Positions 23,801 to 36,130 of a stretch of DNA of 64,000 nt are shown one piece after another. The notes under the pieces were generated by a model that ran no database searches, was not told where the DNA came from, and saw only the letters and a list, made by a program, of their open reading frames with translations. Each line of letters opens with the position of its first letter. Position 1 is the stretch's first letter. A program made the position numbers and the translations under genes. The DNA comes from Malacoraja senta (lineage: Eukaryota): assembly GCA_038087875.1 (NCBI GenBank), contig CM075983.1, positions 13,454,001 through 13,518,000 on the forward strand, in the 5' to 3' direction.

Positions 23801-24061
23801 CCATGCTTCCCAATATGTCCTACAAATGGCAGAACAATCCCAACTACTGTCTGAATGTTGTGTAGGATCAGGGGGTATGCACGTAGATGTGAACAGCTTC
23901 ATTTTCTGAGGAGTTGAACAATATTCAATCATCAGTAAAAGTCTCCACTTCTAAACTTATGATGGAAGGAAACCACTGTTTGAGGCTGAGCCATATTGCT
24001 TGCATCTTTCATGTCACATTTAGTGAATATCGCCACTAATCCTTATTTCTCTTCTTCCAAG

Positions 24062-24299
24062 GGCCAAACAAGAATCCAAGAACACTCTTGCCACCTATGT
24101 GGCTGTCCCCACTGATGCTGCAGCTGCGGAAAGTACAAACCATGTTGAGTCACCAGATGTGGGCCAAAACAGCACGGACACCCCTGAGCTCCACCAACCT
24201 CCGCACGAACATCTGCCCTTGAGTGAACATGCTGATCCATCGGGCAGCGGGCAAGCAGAACGCAAGGAGAGTGAGGGAGATGGTCCACAGGAGACTTAG
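24062..24299 (+). CDS. VSIG1: VSIG1-like exon 7 (acidic cytoplasmic tail, stop)
   Basis: Acceptor tttctcttcttccaAG|, CA+G=Gln then AKQESKNTLATYVAVPTD...GDGPQET*, TAG ending at 24299. Spliced CDS is 1065 nt (354 aa). Confidence 0.9.
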
Positions 24300-27200
24300 T
24301 TAGCCAGCAGGGTCAGAATCAGAAGCTATCATTTTATACCAAAAAAAAGAGATTATGAAGGGTCTCTAAGTAAAACATCAAAATAATTTATATTGCAAGC
24401 GCAATATTATGAGTGAATCTGTACACATAATAGAATTTCCTTTCATATGAATTGCCAATTGCATCCCAGCCAAAGCCATTCTCGTTATTATCATGGTTTA
24501 AAACTGCTTCAAGATATATTTTACTTGAGTGCAAAGCAATGAATAATTTGTTGTCTTAAATTTCCCACCTCATTGATGAAAATACATAATTTTGGCACAG
24601 TAGACTTGATGGGCCGAATGGCCTAATTATGCTCCTAGAACTTATGAATCGTTTTGCATTTGACAAGTTTATTGGGTCAAGGATGAGGATGCCTCGCTGG
24701 ATCTTGGGATTCTTCAACTAAGGACGGGGAAAATAATCCTTCTTTCAGTCGCTACCCAGAGATCAGTCCTTGTACTGGAATCTTGAACAATAAACAAACT
24801 GTTGGAAGAACTCAATAGGTTAGGCAGCATCTGTAAAAGGAAATTCATCAGTTTGATGAAGGGTCAGGACACAAAACCTTATCTGTCCATTTCTTTCCAC
24901 AAATGCTGCCTGAACTGTTAAATTCCTCCAGCAGTTTGCTTGTTGATCAATACTTTTACATTGAGAAATACAAGGAGCTGCAGATGTTGGTTTACAATAA
25001 AAGACAAAAAGTGCTGGAGTAACTCGCTGGGTCAGGCAACGTCTCCGGAGAACATGGATAGATGACATTTTGGGTCGGGTGTGAAGTAGATTTAAATATA
25101 TCTGTAAGCAGCTTTACACATGATAACAAGTATGGTTTTGAGCCTAGACACATGCAATTGACATTTTAAATGAAGGCAATTTGATTATTTGCACAGCTAC
25201 ATTGGTTGAGATTATGGACTAAATGCTGGGCAATGGGATTATAATGGAATCCCATTATAGCATGGATGTGTTGGGCTGAATGGACTCTTGCCATGCTGTA
25301 GGATTTTATGATTCCATGATTCTATGAACAAGATCAGTGTTGGTCCTAAAGCCCTGAAGATCGGTAGGAAATTGACATTCACGAATACATAACAAAACAC
25401 TGCTAATGTTGCAAAACTGAAATAAAAATGCTGGAAATGTTCAGTAGATTTGTCTGCCTATGTGGAGAGAGAAACAGAGTTAACTATTGAAAGATTATCA
25501 TCCTAAAATGTTAAATGTGTTTCTCTGTAGTTGCTGCTTCACCCATTGAGTATACCCAGCATTTTCTATTTTTAATTCAGATTTCCAACAGGTGCAGTAT
25601 TTTGTTGTTGGATTAACATTTTAGATCAAAGGCCTTTCAACAAGATGAAAGTTCACTGAATGGTTAACTTTGTTTCTTTCCATAGATGATGCTTGGCATT
25701 CGGATTATTTGCAGCATGTTCTGCTTTTAAGCTGACATTTACCTACACAAGATATATATAGAGGAAGGGTGGTCACTTTGGGGTAAAATTGTAGAACCGC
25801 CATCGATCACAGAACAGTTCCTCAGCAAATGTCTTGTGGAAATAGTTTTTAAAAATACAAACATCGTTTTTTTCCGGCATGAAGCTCCGTTGAGCTATTC
25901 ATTCTTTATCAAGATCCTTATCTTCAGCGCAGACAAATAATTTACGTCTCATCGGTCTGGTTTGGACCCAAGTCCCAAGGATTCAATGGGAATGTCCTTA
26001 ATGGTCATTATTGTGACTTTGTAAATGTCACTGTTTAACCAATGCGTGATTGCTAAATAGTTTCTTTTGTTTTATGTTTGTATGAAGTAAATACCATTGA
26101 AAAATTGGTTGTTGAACAACCCGTGGTTTAGGGAGCAGACGTTATGTAGTTATGCACACTCACCCAGCCACGTTTTTTACATCATTATTAATTAATGGCA
26201 GCAATGAGCTGGAGTTTCAAGATATGTGCCCCGTGTCCCCATTGGAAATACAGAAACTACCCACTATTCTCTTAACAGAAATCCTGCTTATATAACAGCA
26301 GGAAGTTGCTCCTAATATGGATTTAATTCACTTTTCAGATAACGAATCTCTTTTGAAAATAAATTAGAAGGAATGAGCAAAGTATGTAAAAAGGGAAAGA
26401 TACAGAGATTGCTTTAGAATAGATCTTTAGAATTACCAAGTGTCAATGGCTCGATTGTAATCATATATGGTCTTTCTAATCTGGATAGCACACAACAAAA
26501 GCTTTTCACTGTACCTTAGGGTCTGGAATCAAAATTTGGAGGGTGGAGCTGAGAGCGATCCACATTTCATTTTTAACTGATTAGTTTTCAATTTACATTC
26601 ATCTACCTGCAGCAAGTTCCAAGTGCCAGATGTAAAAGATATTTTAACGTTTTGCAATTGCCTGCCGCTGCATGAATGTCTCATGTAGCTGACAGAAGCC
26701 ATGTGTCCAGGCAGGTGTGGCACCTTAATGGGCATTAAGTTCATAAATTATAGGAGCAGAATTAGGCCATTCGGCCCATCAGGACTATTCTGCCATTCAA
26801 TCATGGCTGATCTATCTTTCCTTCTCAACCCCATTCTCCTGCTTTCTCCCCATAGTCCCTGACACACCTACTAATCAAGAATCTATCAAGCTTTGCCTTA
26901 AGACTATCCATTGATGTGGCCTGTATAGCCTTCTGTGACAATGAATTCCACAGATTTGTCACAGATTATTTTGCAGGTCAGGTTCATTATGTCAGAGATA
27001 CTTGAGCTGGAAACAGATTTACATTCTTCAAGATCAATGCAGAAATATCGGATTGCATTTCACATTTGCTTTCTTGATTAAGTTCTATTCCAAAGTGCAC
27101 ATAAACATTTTGTAATAAGTGATAGAAAATCTAAGCCTGAAAAAAAAGGCTAAATGTACCTTCTAAATGTCTTCAATATTTTAAGTTTCACCATTTAATA

Positions 27201-28614
27201 TCGCTGCAACTATTTGGTCTTCTCTTTTCTTTAAGAAGATTAATAATTTCTTTTTTGTACACGCTTATTTTTTCTACCCATCTCTTCTTATATCTTTGCA
27301 ATACAGTTAATTGGTGTAAAAGATAATGACACCTGAAATATTAGATGTTGACTGATGATTGTCAGAATTTCCAATTTCTAAATAAGCAGGTGGCTTTCTT
27401 AATATGTTTTCTAATGAATTGCCTTTGTATGGATTTGCCTGTCAAAAGTTAAGCATTTGTTTTAAAATCATGTATATTTGATTAAATCATTGCTTCTATT
27501 GCCACTAAGACCGTAAAGAGTTAATCAACTGTGTATTTTTACAATTCTGTAAAAAAAAAAGTCTGAAGTCAATAATGTCTGCACAAAAATAGGATTGCAT
27601 TAATATAAACTTCTTAAATAAAACTTTTGGTGTCATTCTACTTTCATCTCTAACATGAGGGCAAATCAATACCAGAATTTATGCTGGCCAATAACTAGCA
27701 CCGTCTTCTATGAGGATGATGCGATGCAATGATGGATTTTCTTTGGAACGTAATGTTCCTTGGTTATTCTGGAGGAGAATATTATCTGTCGTTAAGCAGC
27801 AAGTCATAGCTGGGTAGTGAAATGTGCTTATGATGGATTGACTTGGGGGATAACCTTTGTGGATCAATGAGTAATAAAGTTTCACAAAGCCCTCTGAAAT
27901 AATGTAACGTGCGTTAACATTGCCGAAACATACAAGTTCATAAGTTATAGGTGCAGAATTAGGCCATTCGGCCCATAGAGTCTGGGGGAGGCTAAGGACG
28001 GAAAGGTCAGTATGGGAATGGGAAGGGGAGTTAGTGTTTGGCAACCGGGAGATCACTAGGCCAAAGCAGACCAAGCAAGGGTGTTCAGCGAAAAGATCTC
28101 CCAGTCAGCGCGTGGTCTCGCAGATATATAGGACTCCACACTATTATATCCCTCTTTCACATGGTAACACACAGTTCAATCATGTTGAGTTAATCTACAA
28201 TTAAAACAGCCTGCAAAGCATCCAGTTTATTCAATCTTACAGAGCCCAACTCACCTACTGAAACACTACTATGAGATATGATTTATTATTTATTTATTTA
28301 TCCTCCTTGTCTTAGTCTCCCTCTTCATTATTTTGCACGCAAGTTCTGATAACATTGTTGGTCTTGAAACCTCGGACAGTGAAACTCCAGAGGTTGACTC
28401 GTACAGCCACTGGGCGCTGCAGCAGATCTTTTCATGTTGTTTTGCGATGTCACGCGACGTGCATCACATCAATTGCGATGTCATGCACTGGTCATCCCAT
28501 GCATTATGTTGTCATCTGATCCCACCTGAATCATGTTATGTCCAATGAAACCCATCTGTTAATATGTTACTGCAGCCCTTCACTCAAAGACTAATTTCAT
28601 AAGAATGGAACAAT

Positions 28615-29436
28615 ATGAGAATCTTAACTAAATTATTCCTACACTCCAAGGCGTACTCAAATGCAATCAGCAGTCCAGGGAAATTCCAATGCTTGCAATA
28701 CTTGAAGACACTGAGGAATTTTCAGAATGATGGATTTTACACGGTTTACTTGGGTAAAACGCATATTTCTGAGAACCTGATAACAGGCGATGTGAACTCC
28801 AGCGTGGTCAAAACCAAATCACCTCTTGAAGAACTGACATTAATCCACGCTGGGGGAGTAAGAGGCTGGGTCCCGTGGCAATACAGAGTCTTCTTCCAGT
28901 CACAGCAACTATGGACGTCTCCAAAGCCTGTAGATGCTAATGAGCGGATCTTTGAAGAATTCTGTCAGGTGCTCAGGGAAACCTACGGAAAATGCACAGT
29001 GGTGATGAGATCCAAATATTGGGTTCCTGCAACTAAGTCACAGGTTCAAAGTTCCTCTGAAGACCAGTCAGTGATCCCTCTGTGGAACCCAGAGGCCAAG
29101 CTCAATTCCCCTTCGCAATCTCCAGACATCCAAATGACAAAGGTTTTTTGTCCCAGGATTGCGAGACACCATGGCCACGAGTTCTTGTACCTTCCTCCCC
29201 CTTATCCTCATCTCAGTCCTTTAGAATCAGCATGGTCTTCGGTTAAATGGGCTTTAATCAACAATAGGAAACATTTCACTGTTGCGGCCTTTCCAAAAAT
29301 AGATGACTACAAGCGCATCCACTTGAAGGCTTTGATTGAAAACGCGATTGAGGGAGTAACGCCTTCCAAATGGGAAACGTCCTTTAACCGAGTCAAGAAG
29401 TGGGAGAATCGCTATCTCTACAACCAAGCGCAGTAA
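28615..29436 (+). CDS. C21orf140: C21orf140/FAM243-like protein, 273 aa, single coding exon; transposase-derived fold
   Basis: Uninterrupted ORF in unique sequence with blocks matching recalled human C21orf140 (QCLQYLKTLR, DGF.TVY.G.T.I.E.L.TG, GWVPW.YRVF, EFC.V.R..YGKC, GHE.L.LP.P...L.PL.SAWSS.KW..INNR, SKW...WEN.YL). Confidence 0.85.
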   Translation: MRILTKLFLHSKAYSNAISSPGKFQCLQYLKTLRNFQNDGFYTVYLGKTHISENLITGDVNSSVVKTKSPLEELTLIHAGGVRGWVPWQYRVFFQSQQLWTSPKPVDANERIFEEFCQVLRETYGKCTVVMRSKYWVPATKSQVQSSSEDQSVIPLWNPEAKLNSPSQSPDIQMTKVFCPRIARHHGHEFLYLPPPYPHLSPLESAWSSVKWALINNRKHFTVAAFPKIDDYKRIHLKALIENAIEGVTPSKWETSFNRVKKWENRYLYNQAQ

Positions 29437-29460
29437 GGGGCCTCTCCTCTGATAATTGCA

Positions 29461-29466
29461 AATAAA
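29461..29466 (+). promoter_or_regulatory. Candidate polyadenylation signal of the C21orf140-like gene
   Basis: AATAAA beginning 25 nt after the last base of the stop codon. Confidence 0.5.
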
Positions 29467-30016
29467 ATATCAATGCCACATTTTTGAGGTATCATTTTTA
29501 AACTTCAGAAAAGATTTTAGGAAAGGCAATTTTCGATGTTTCCAATTCAGAGGTGTTATTGCAAGGTGATCTTATTTAGGGGATGGAATCCATGTCATGA
29601 TTCTAGTTTGGAAGTTTGCTATGGGAACGGAGCTGAGATCTATGGGATTGGAGTTCCAGAGTCCCGGCTGCAGGGAGCAAATTCAACATGCTGATCGGCG
29701 TGGAAAACCCCATCAGATTAGGTTTGGCTGCCTCACCTAACCTAGGCACCACATTTTCGGGGGGAGACTACGGTGAGGGGTATTTTAAATATGCTCTCAG
29801 TATAAAGCAGGTGCCGCACCATTGGTTGTCAGAATATTGGTGGTGAACCTGTATTTAACTGAAGGATTTACTTTTTGTTGAAAGCACACAACATCTTTAT
29901 AACTTATTAATTTACTACTTTTTTCTTAATCCTAGCCATTCTCTATTTGGTTCTCAAAATACCTTCAATCCTTCTTTAAAACCTAACATTACTTTCAATG
30001 CTTGACCACACAACTG

Positions 30017-30342
30017 TTTGAGCTGCTACCTCACAGCACCAGAGGCTCAAGTTCGACCCTCACCTTGGGTGCTGTCTGTGTGGAGTTTGCACGTTCTTCC
30101 TGTGATCGCGTGGGCTTCCTTTGGGTAGCTGCGGTTTCCTCCCGTATGCCAAAGACCTGTATGTCTTTAGGTTAATTGGCCTCTGTAAAAATCGCCTCTA
30201 ATGTACAGGAGGTGGAAGCGAACGTGGGATAACATAGAACTAGTGTCAACGGGTGATCAATGTTCGGAGTGGACTCAGCGGGCAGAAGGGCCTGTTTCCA
30301 TGCTGTATCTCTAACATTAAAATTAAAACTAAAACTAAATTG
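30017..30342 (+). mobile_element. HE1-like SINE (diverged)
   Basis: Head aagttcgaccc, body and 3' gaagggcctgtttccatgctgtatctc. Confidence 0.75.
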
Positions 30343-31719
30343 GCACACAATGTTTATCTTGGATCATGTCTAAATTTCCAACATTTTTTTTTCAGTCACC
30401 ATCCCCTTCTTTTCTACTTTCATCCAGTCTGCAAATTTGAGACAATATGCAATCTCTGGATTAAATAGTAACAGACTCAAGGCTCACATCATAGTGTCTT
30501 GTTTACAATCTAAACTGACGTCTTTTGTTATTCCTTCAGACTAAAAATGTAACCAAATTTCTTGAATTGAGTTTCAGTGCTGGAGACATATGAAGGTTAG
30601 AAAGAGATTTTTTAAATGCTTTGTTGTGATCCATAATATAGACGATATATCTGTTTCTCCCAATGAGTAGGTACTTGTTTCTTGATCAGAAAATGTTCAC
30701 TTTGGAACAACAATAGCAGTTTGATCAATTATTGAATTCACAGTTAAAAAATTGAATTCCAAAGTGAAATTAGTTTCATTACCAGAACTCTTATTCCACA
30801 GATGTGATGGTATAGGTCATACTGTCCTCCCTACGTGATTGTTTAACAGTAGAACGTAGATTGACAGCCAGCCAAACTCGATTCAATAATCAGACGCGAG
30901 TCTGGAAGTTAGCATCTCTGCTCTTAAGTTTAATGATTTTCCAGTGCTGTCATTCTTAATATTGAAAAACGACTGAAACTAAATAAAGGAGAAGAAAGAT
31001 ACATAAATTACTCTCCTTTGCAGAAATATACATTTAAATAGAAATTAAACATATAGGGCGAATATATAATAATATACAATCCTATTAACAATCAAAGCAC
31101 TTAAGAGTTCATAAGTAGAATTGGGTCATTCAGCTCAAAGTCTACTCCGCCATTCAATCATGGTCTACCTATCTTTCCTTCTCAACCCCATTCTCTTACC
31201 TGCTCCCCATAACCTTTGACACCCTTTCCAATCAATAACTTGTCAATCTCCGCTTTAAAAGTTCCCATTGACTTAGCCCACAGCCTTCTGTGGCAATGAA
31301 TTCCACAGATTCACCTACCTCTGACTAAAGAAATTCCTCCTTATCTCCTTTCTAAAGGTACGTCCATTTATTCGGAGGCTGTGCCCTCTGGTTGGTGTCT
31401 GGAGTGGGATACTATTACTATTCACATGCTATTTTAATCTTATGTGTCTCAAAAATATGGGGGACACATGTTGAATATGCTATTATCTTTCTTGCAAACA
31501 ATTTAAGACTACCAAAATTAATCATTTAAATGTTTATTCACTTCTATCACTGTTTCATTGCTTCTTGGTTAAATCCTGATGCGCACTTTGCCACCTTTTC
31601 AATGGTAATTCTAGACCAAAAAAACAGAAGTTAAATTGTCGCCCAGACACTTCTCCCTCCTCAGAGACACTGATGATCTGAACAGAAAAGGCATCAACAT
31701 TAAGAATATAACTATCAAT

Positions 31720-32230
31720 ATCAATGTCGTATCTCTGTCCGCACTGCGGCCTAACATCGTGGAGTTGGCGGCCTCATGTCTGGGACTTCTAAAGCCCCAA
31801 AATCGTGGAGCCTGCGGGACTTTAACATCTCGGAGCGGGCGATCCGTTTGCCAGGCCTTTGGTTCTCCAACCTGCGGGAGCTGCGGACTTTAACATCACA
31901 GCTCACAGTCCCTGGTTAGCGACCGACTTCTGGAACTTCACACACCAAGCCGCAGGAGTTTTCGACCGCCCCGATGCGGGAGCTTAGACCGCCCCGACGC
32001 GGGAGTTCGATCACCCGCTGCGGATGGTTCAACTCCCCTGACCGCGGGAGGAAAGGAAGAAAGAAGATAAGACTTTATTGCCTTCCATCACTGTGGGGAG
32101 TGTGGAGGAGCCGCTGTGGTGGATGTTTATGTCAATTTTTATGTAGCTGTGTGTCTTGTTGCTTTTGTGGTATGACTGTATGGCAAACCAAATTCCGTGT
32201 ATGTTGCAAAACATGCTTGGCTAATAAATT
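31720..32230. repeat. Unclassified GC-rich interspersed repeat
   Basis: CpG-rich block with internal short repeats (gaccgccccga(t/c)gcgggag twice), ending in AATAAA; family not identified. Confidence 0.4.
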
Positions 32231-32398
32231 ATGATTATGAGTGTTTTATTATCATATGTTCCACACAGAACAATGAAATTCTTACTTGCAACAGCACAAC
32301 ATAGTGTGTAAACATAGTACTCTGTAAACAATTCACAATATAATAAGCAAAAGAAAAGCTCAGTATATGTTGCATGCATGTTGGTTAAAATTTGTGTA

Positions 32399-32429
<31 letters not shown>

Positions 32430-34471
32430 GTGTATATATGTATGTAGAGAGAGAGCTAATGGATAAAAATACAAGAATCCCCTGAAGTGCAAAAACAAGC
32501 AAAGAAGGAGAAAAGATTCATGACATTCTGGAAGATATTGTATAAATACCATGCCTACAAGGACAGATGAGAAGCTTTACACCATCAATGAACTTCTATA
32601 GATTGGTTTTGGCTGCATTGCGGACTTCAGTTTTTTGGTTTTGCACTGGTGTTAGGGTTATTAATTTATTGAATTTTAAAATTATTATATGTTATGTGTA
32701 CATTGGGTTTGCTGGCCTGTTAAGCTGCTGCGAGTAAGAATTTTGTTGTTTCATTTTCGATGAATATGACAATTAAACACTCATGATTCTTGACTCACAC
32801 CATGAGATTAAGCAACGGCACACTCTGTCTGATCTATCAGCAACTGCACATCTAGTTGGCTCAGGAAAAGATAGAATCGCTGCCCTACCTTCATCAATCA
32901 CCGTTGTCACCTCCTCAAAAAATCCAATCTAGTTTGTAAGTCATGGCATGCCCTACACAAAATCCATGATAACTATCTCAAATTAGCCATTCTCTTCCAA
33001 ATGCATGTAAATCTCATCCACAAAAATCTATTCAAATATCTTCCCTACACTGATGGATGTGAGGCTCATCGGTCTATAATTTCCTGGCTTATCCCTGTTT
33101 CCTTCATAAATAAAGGAACAGCATGTGGTCCTAAATCAAGGACCAACAATCTCCTCTCTTGCCTCTCCACAGAGAACATATAAATAATATAGAACAGAGG
33201 AGCACAGGAGCAAGCCTTTGGCTGCATATGATTCATATCCCTCCATTCCTTACATATCCATGTTCCTACCTAAAAACCTCTTAAATGCCACTATCATGTC
33301 TGCCTCCACCACCACCACTGGCAGAACATTCAGGCACCCACCAGTCTTGAGTAAAATGTGTGCCGCACACATCTTTAAACTTTGCCCTTCTCACATTAAA
33401 GTGATGCTCTCTAGTCTTTGACATTTCTACTCTGGGGGAAAAGGTGCTGACTATCTACCCTATCTCTGCCTATCATAACTTTACATACTTCTCTCACTTC
33501 CCTCTTCAGCCTCCGATGTTGCAGAGAAAGCAATAACCCTGGGATAGATCCCAACAGGTGCTGGGGACTCATCACCTTAATACTTTCCAAAGTACAAGTA
33601 CAAGACAGTATTGAAGCTATGCGTCAGACATATAGGGCAATGATGAGGCCACATCTGAATGAATGCTTCATTGCCACATGTGACAAGTCACAGTGAAATT
33701 CTTTGCTTGTATACATTACCCAAGGTATGCAATAGTCGCCACATAAAGAGCACACAAAGTATCCTGCTCCAGGTCCACCTTTGTTCTTCCACCCCACCCA
33801 CTCTGTTCTCCCCCCATCCCCCTCCCTCATGGCAGACCACCCACGCCGGATCCACCATTGTTCTTCCCCTGGCAGCAGCGTCCTCACTCCCACGTGGTCC
33901 ATACTCTTCCGTCGGTCGGCACTGGATTACCTCTCAAACAATATTTCTAGAATAGATCATCATATTATCATCAACCTGTCATTATGGGGTGTTTGTTGTC
34001 TACAAAATGGTTTGGTGTTTGGATACGATTTTGAGAAAACTTCAAAACTATCTCTAAGGCTTAAATAATGACGTGAAAGTGAAATGAATGGTATCCTGTG
34101 AACAAACGACTTTCCTATTTATTTGTGTAAAAGAATTCCAATGTGAGCACTTTTACAACTAAATGAAAAAGTTGCTGCAAAAGGGGTAACTCGAATCAGT
34201 GAATCACAAAATTGTTAGTTCACAGAAAGACATCAATCATTTTGTTCAATCTATGCTGACGCATAACAGAACAATCCCTCAGCTCTGTTCCCCATGGCTT
34301 CTCTCAATCCTGCAATTTATTTTCCCTCCGCCTATTTAATTATTTCCTGGATTGCCGGCTCTCACATGCCAATAGTTTAAAACTCACCAAGGAATAGAGT
34401 GGTTGCTTGAAAGATACAGCATGGAAACAAGCCTTAAGGCCCACTGAGTCCACACTGACCATCGATCACCC

Positions 34472-34911
34472 TGGCATCGATGAACCATCTCGAAGACGTG
34501 ATCGGGCAGCTGCAGTAGAACGCTTCAATGTGGAAACAGAACCCCGCCACCCTTTGCACAATCACCAACATGCCAAGAAACGCCTGAAGAGTCGGAACAG
34601 CTTCATGGAACTAGAGCCAACCGTACCAGGCACCAAAGCCAAACAACAGTGGCACCAGGACACCACCTGCCTTATACTACCTGGAAAGCCCTAAACCACT
34701 TCCGAACTGGAGTGGGACGTTGCGTACTCAACCTGAAGAAGTGGGGCTTCCCGGACTCCGACAAGTGCAACTGTGGAGAGGTACAGACAATGACCCACCT
34801 ACTGACTTGCGGCGGGGAGGCATGCACTGCGGACAATCTCCGCAGAGGCACAGATGTGGCACTGGCTGTGGCAAAGCGATGGCAGAACGTCGTCTGACAC
34901 ACAAGCGGAAA
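34472..34911 (+). mobile_element. 3' fragment of a Vingi/Ingi-like non-LTR retrotransposon inserted in a SINE
   Basis: Frames give RLKSRNSF and PPGHHLPYTTWKALNHFRTGVGRC...KWG...CNCGEVQTMTHLLTC (CCHC knuckle). 11-bp TSD ATCGATCACCC at 34461-34471 and 34912-34922. Confidence 0.7.
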
Positions 34912-35130
34912 ATCGATCACCCGTGCACAGGAGTTCTATGTGCTCCCACTTTTGTATCCCTCCCTACTCACTAGGGGCAATTTACAGAGGCCAATTGACC
35001 TACAAACCTACGTCTTTGGGATGTGGGAGGAAACTGGATCATGTGAAGAAAACCCACGTGATCAAAGAGAGAACTTGCGAACTCCACACAGTTAGCACCC
35101 ATGATCAGGATCGATCTTTGGTCTCTCTAC

Positions 35131-36130
35131 CAAAGATCCTATAGCGAGCAAGATAGTCCACTCGACGAAAAAGACGTAGTAGGGTCAGGGGTAATCTTCG
35201 GCCCCATTTCCGTAACCGGCTTCTGTCTCCGCACTCGTATCCAAAGATCCGAGTCTGGCCCGGATCAGCACGGCTGGGACACCAGGGTGAAGTTGCGGGG
35301 AGATTTACAATGTTTTTTTTTTAATGTTGTCCCTTGTCTAGTCCGAAATAAAGTTTATCATTAGATATAAAAATCTGGAGAAATATATATGTGTGTGTTA
35401 TATGATTATATACATCTATATCACATTCATATATGTGTGTATGTGTGTTCTTTCCTACACAATCTAATCAGTTGTATGCTCGCTAAATAAAACCATCCTT
35501 AAGTTATACATCATTTGTAAATCTTGCTCAAAACAAATGTTATTTTGCTAAACACTTCATTTAGATAACCCCACCATTACGGACAGATCTCATTCCACTC
35601 TCTGGCTATTGGGAAGACCAGACCCATTTTATTGTTGAAAAGCAATTCCATAGACACAAAAAAAACATCAAGGAACATTCCAAGAGTAGAGCAACTGGAA
35701 TCCTCATATTGCTATTATTTTACCAAATACCGCAGTTGTGAACAGTGTGATTAGATGAATTACAGAGTGCAAGTTTAATACAAAAATCAACTCAAACACA
35801 GCACATGAGCCATTTCAAAAGAAATTTACAAATACCCATTAAAAAAGAAAATGAACAGAATCATAATTTATAAACATATTCATCTTTAACAAAAATCAAC
35901 AGAATTATGAATGAACAGAATTATGAATTATGAATCTAACCCTATATCACACACACACACACAAACTGTTCCCCTGCGACGCTGATTACACTGCGAGAGG
36001 GATAACCAAAGTCGGGTCGGGATTACTGAAATGGCCGAATAAATGGCCCACTTTCCGCTCCATTGCGTACTACATGTCAGCCCATTGGATTTAGCAGGAG
36101 TGGACTATCTTGCTCGCTATACGATCTTTG
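35131..36130. mobile_element. Non-autonomous hAT-type DNA transposon, 1000 bp
   Basis: 33-bp TIR CAAAGATC(C/G)TATAGCGAGCAAGATAGTCCACTC with 1 mismatch; 8-bp TSD CTCTCTAC at 35123-35130 and 36131-36138; no transposase ORF. Confidence 0.88.

Noticed and set aside
27679-27893. Minus-strand terminal exon candidate (acceptor TTATTTCAG|, about 70 open codons)
   Set aside because: No recognisable homology and no compatible upstream exon that I could identify.
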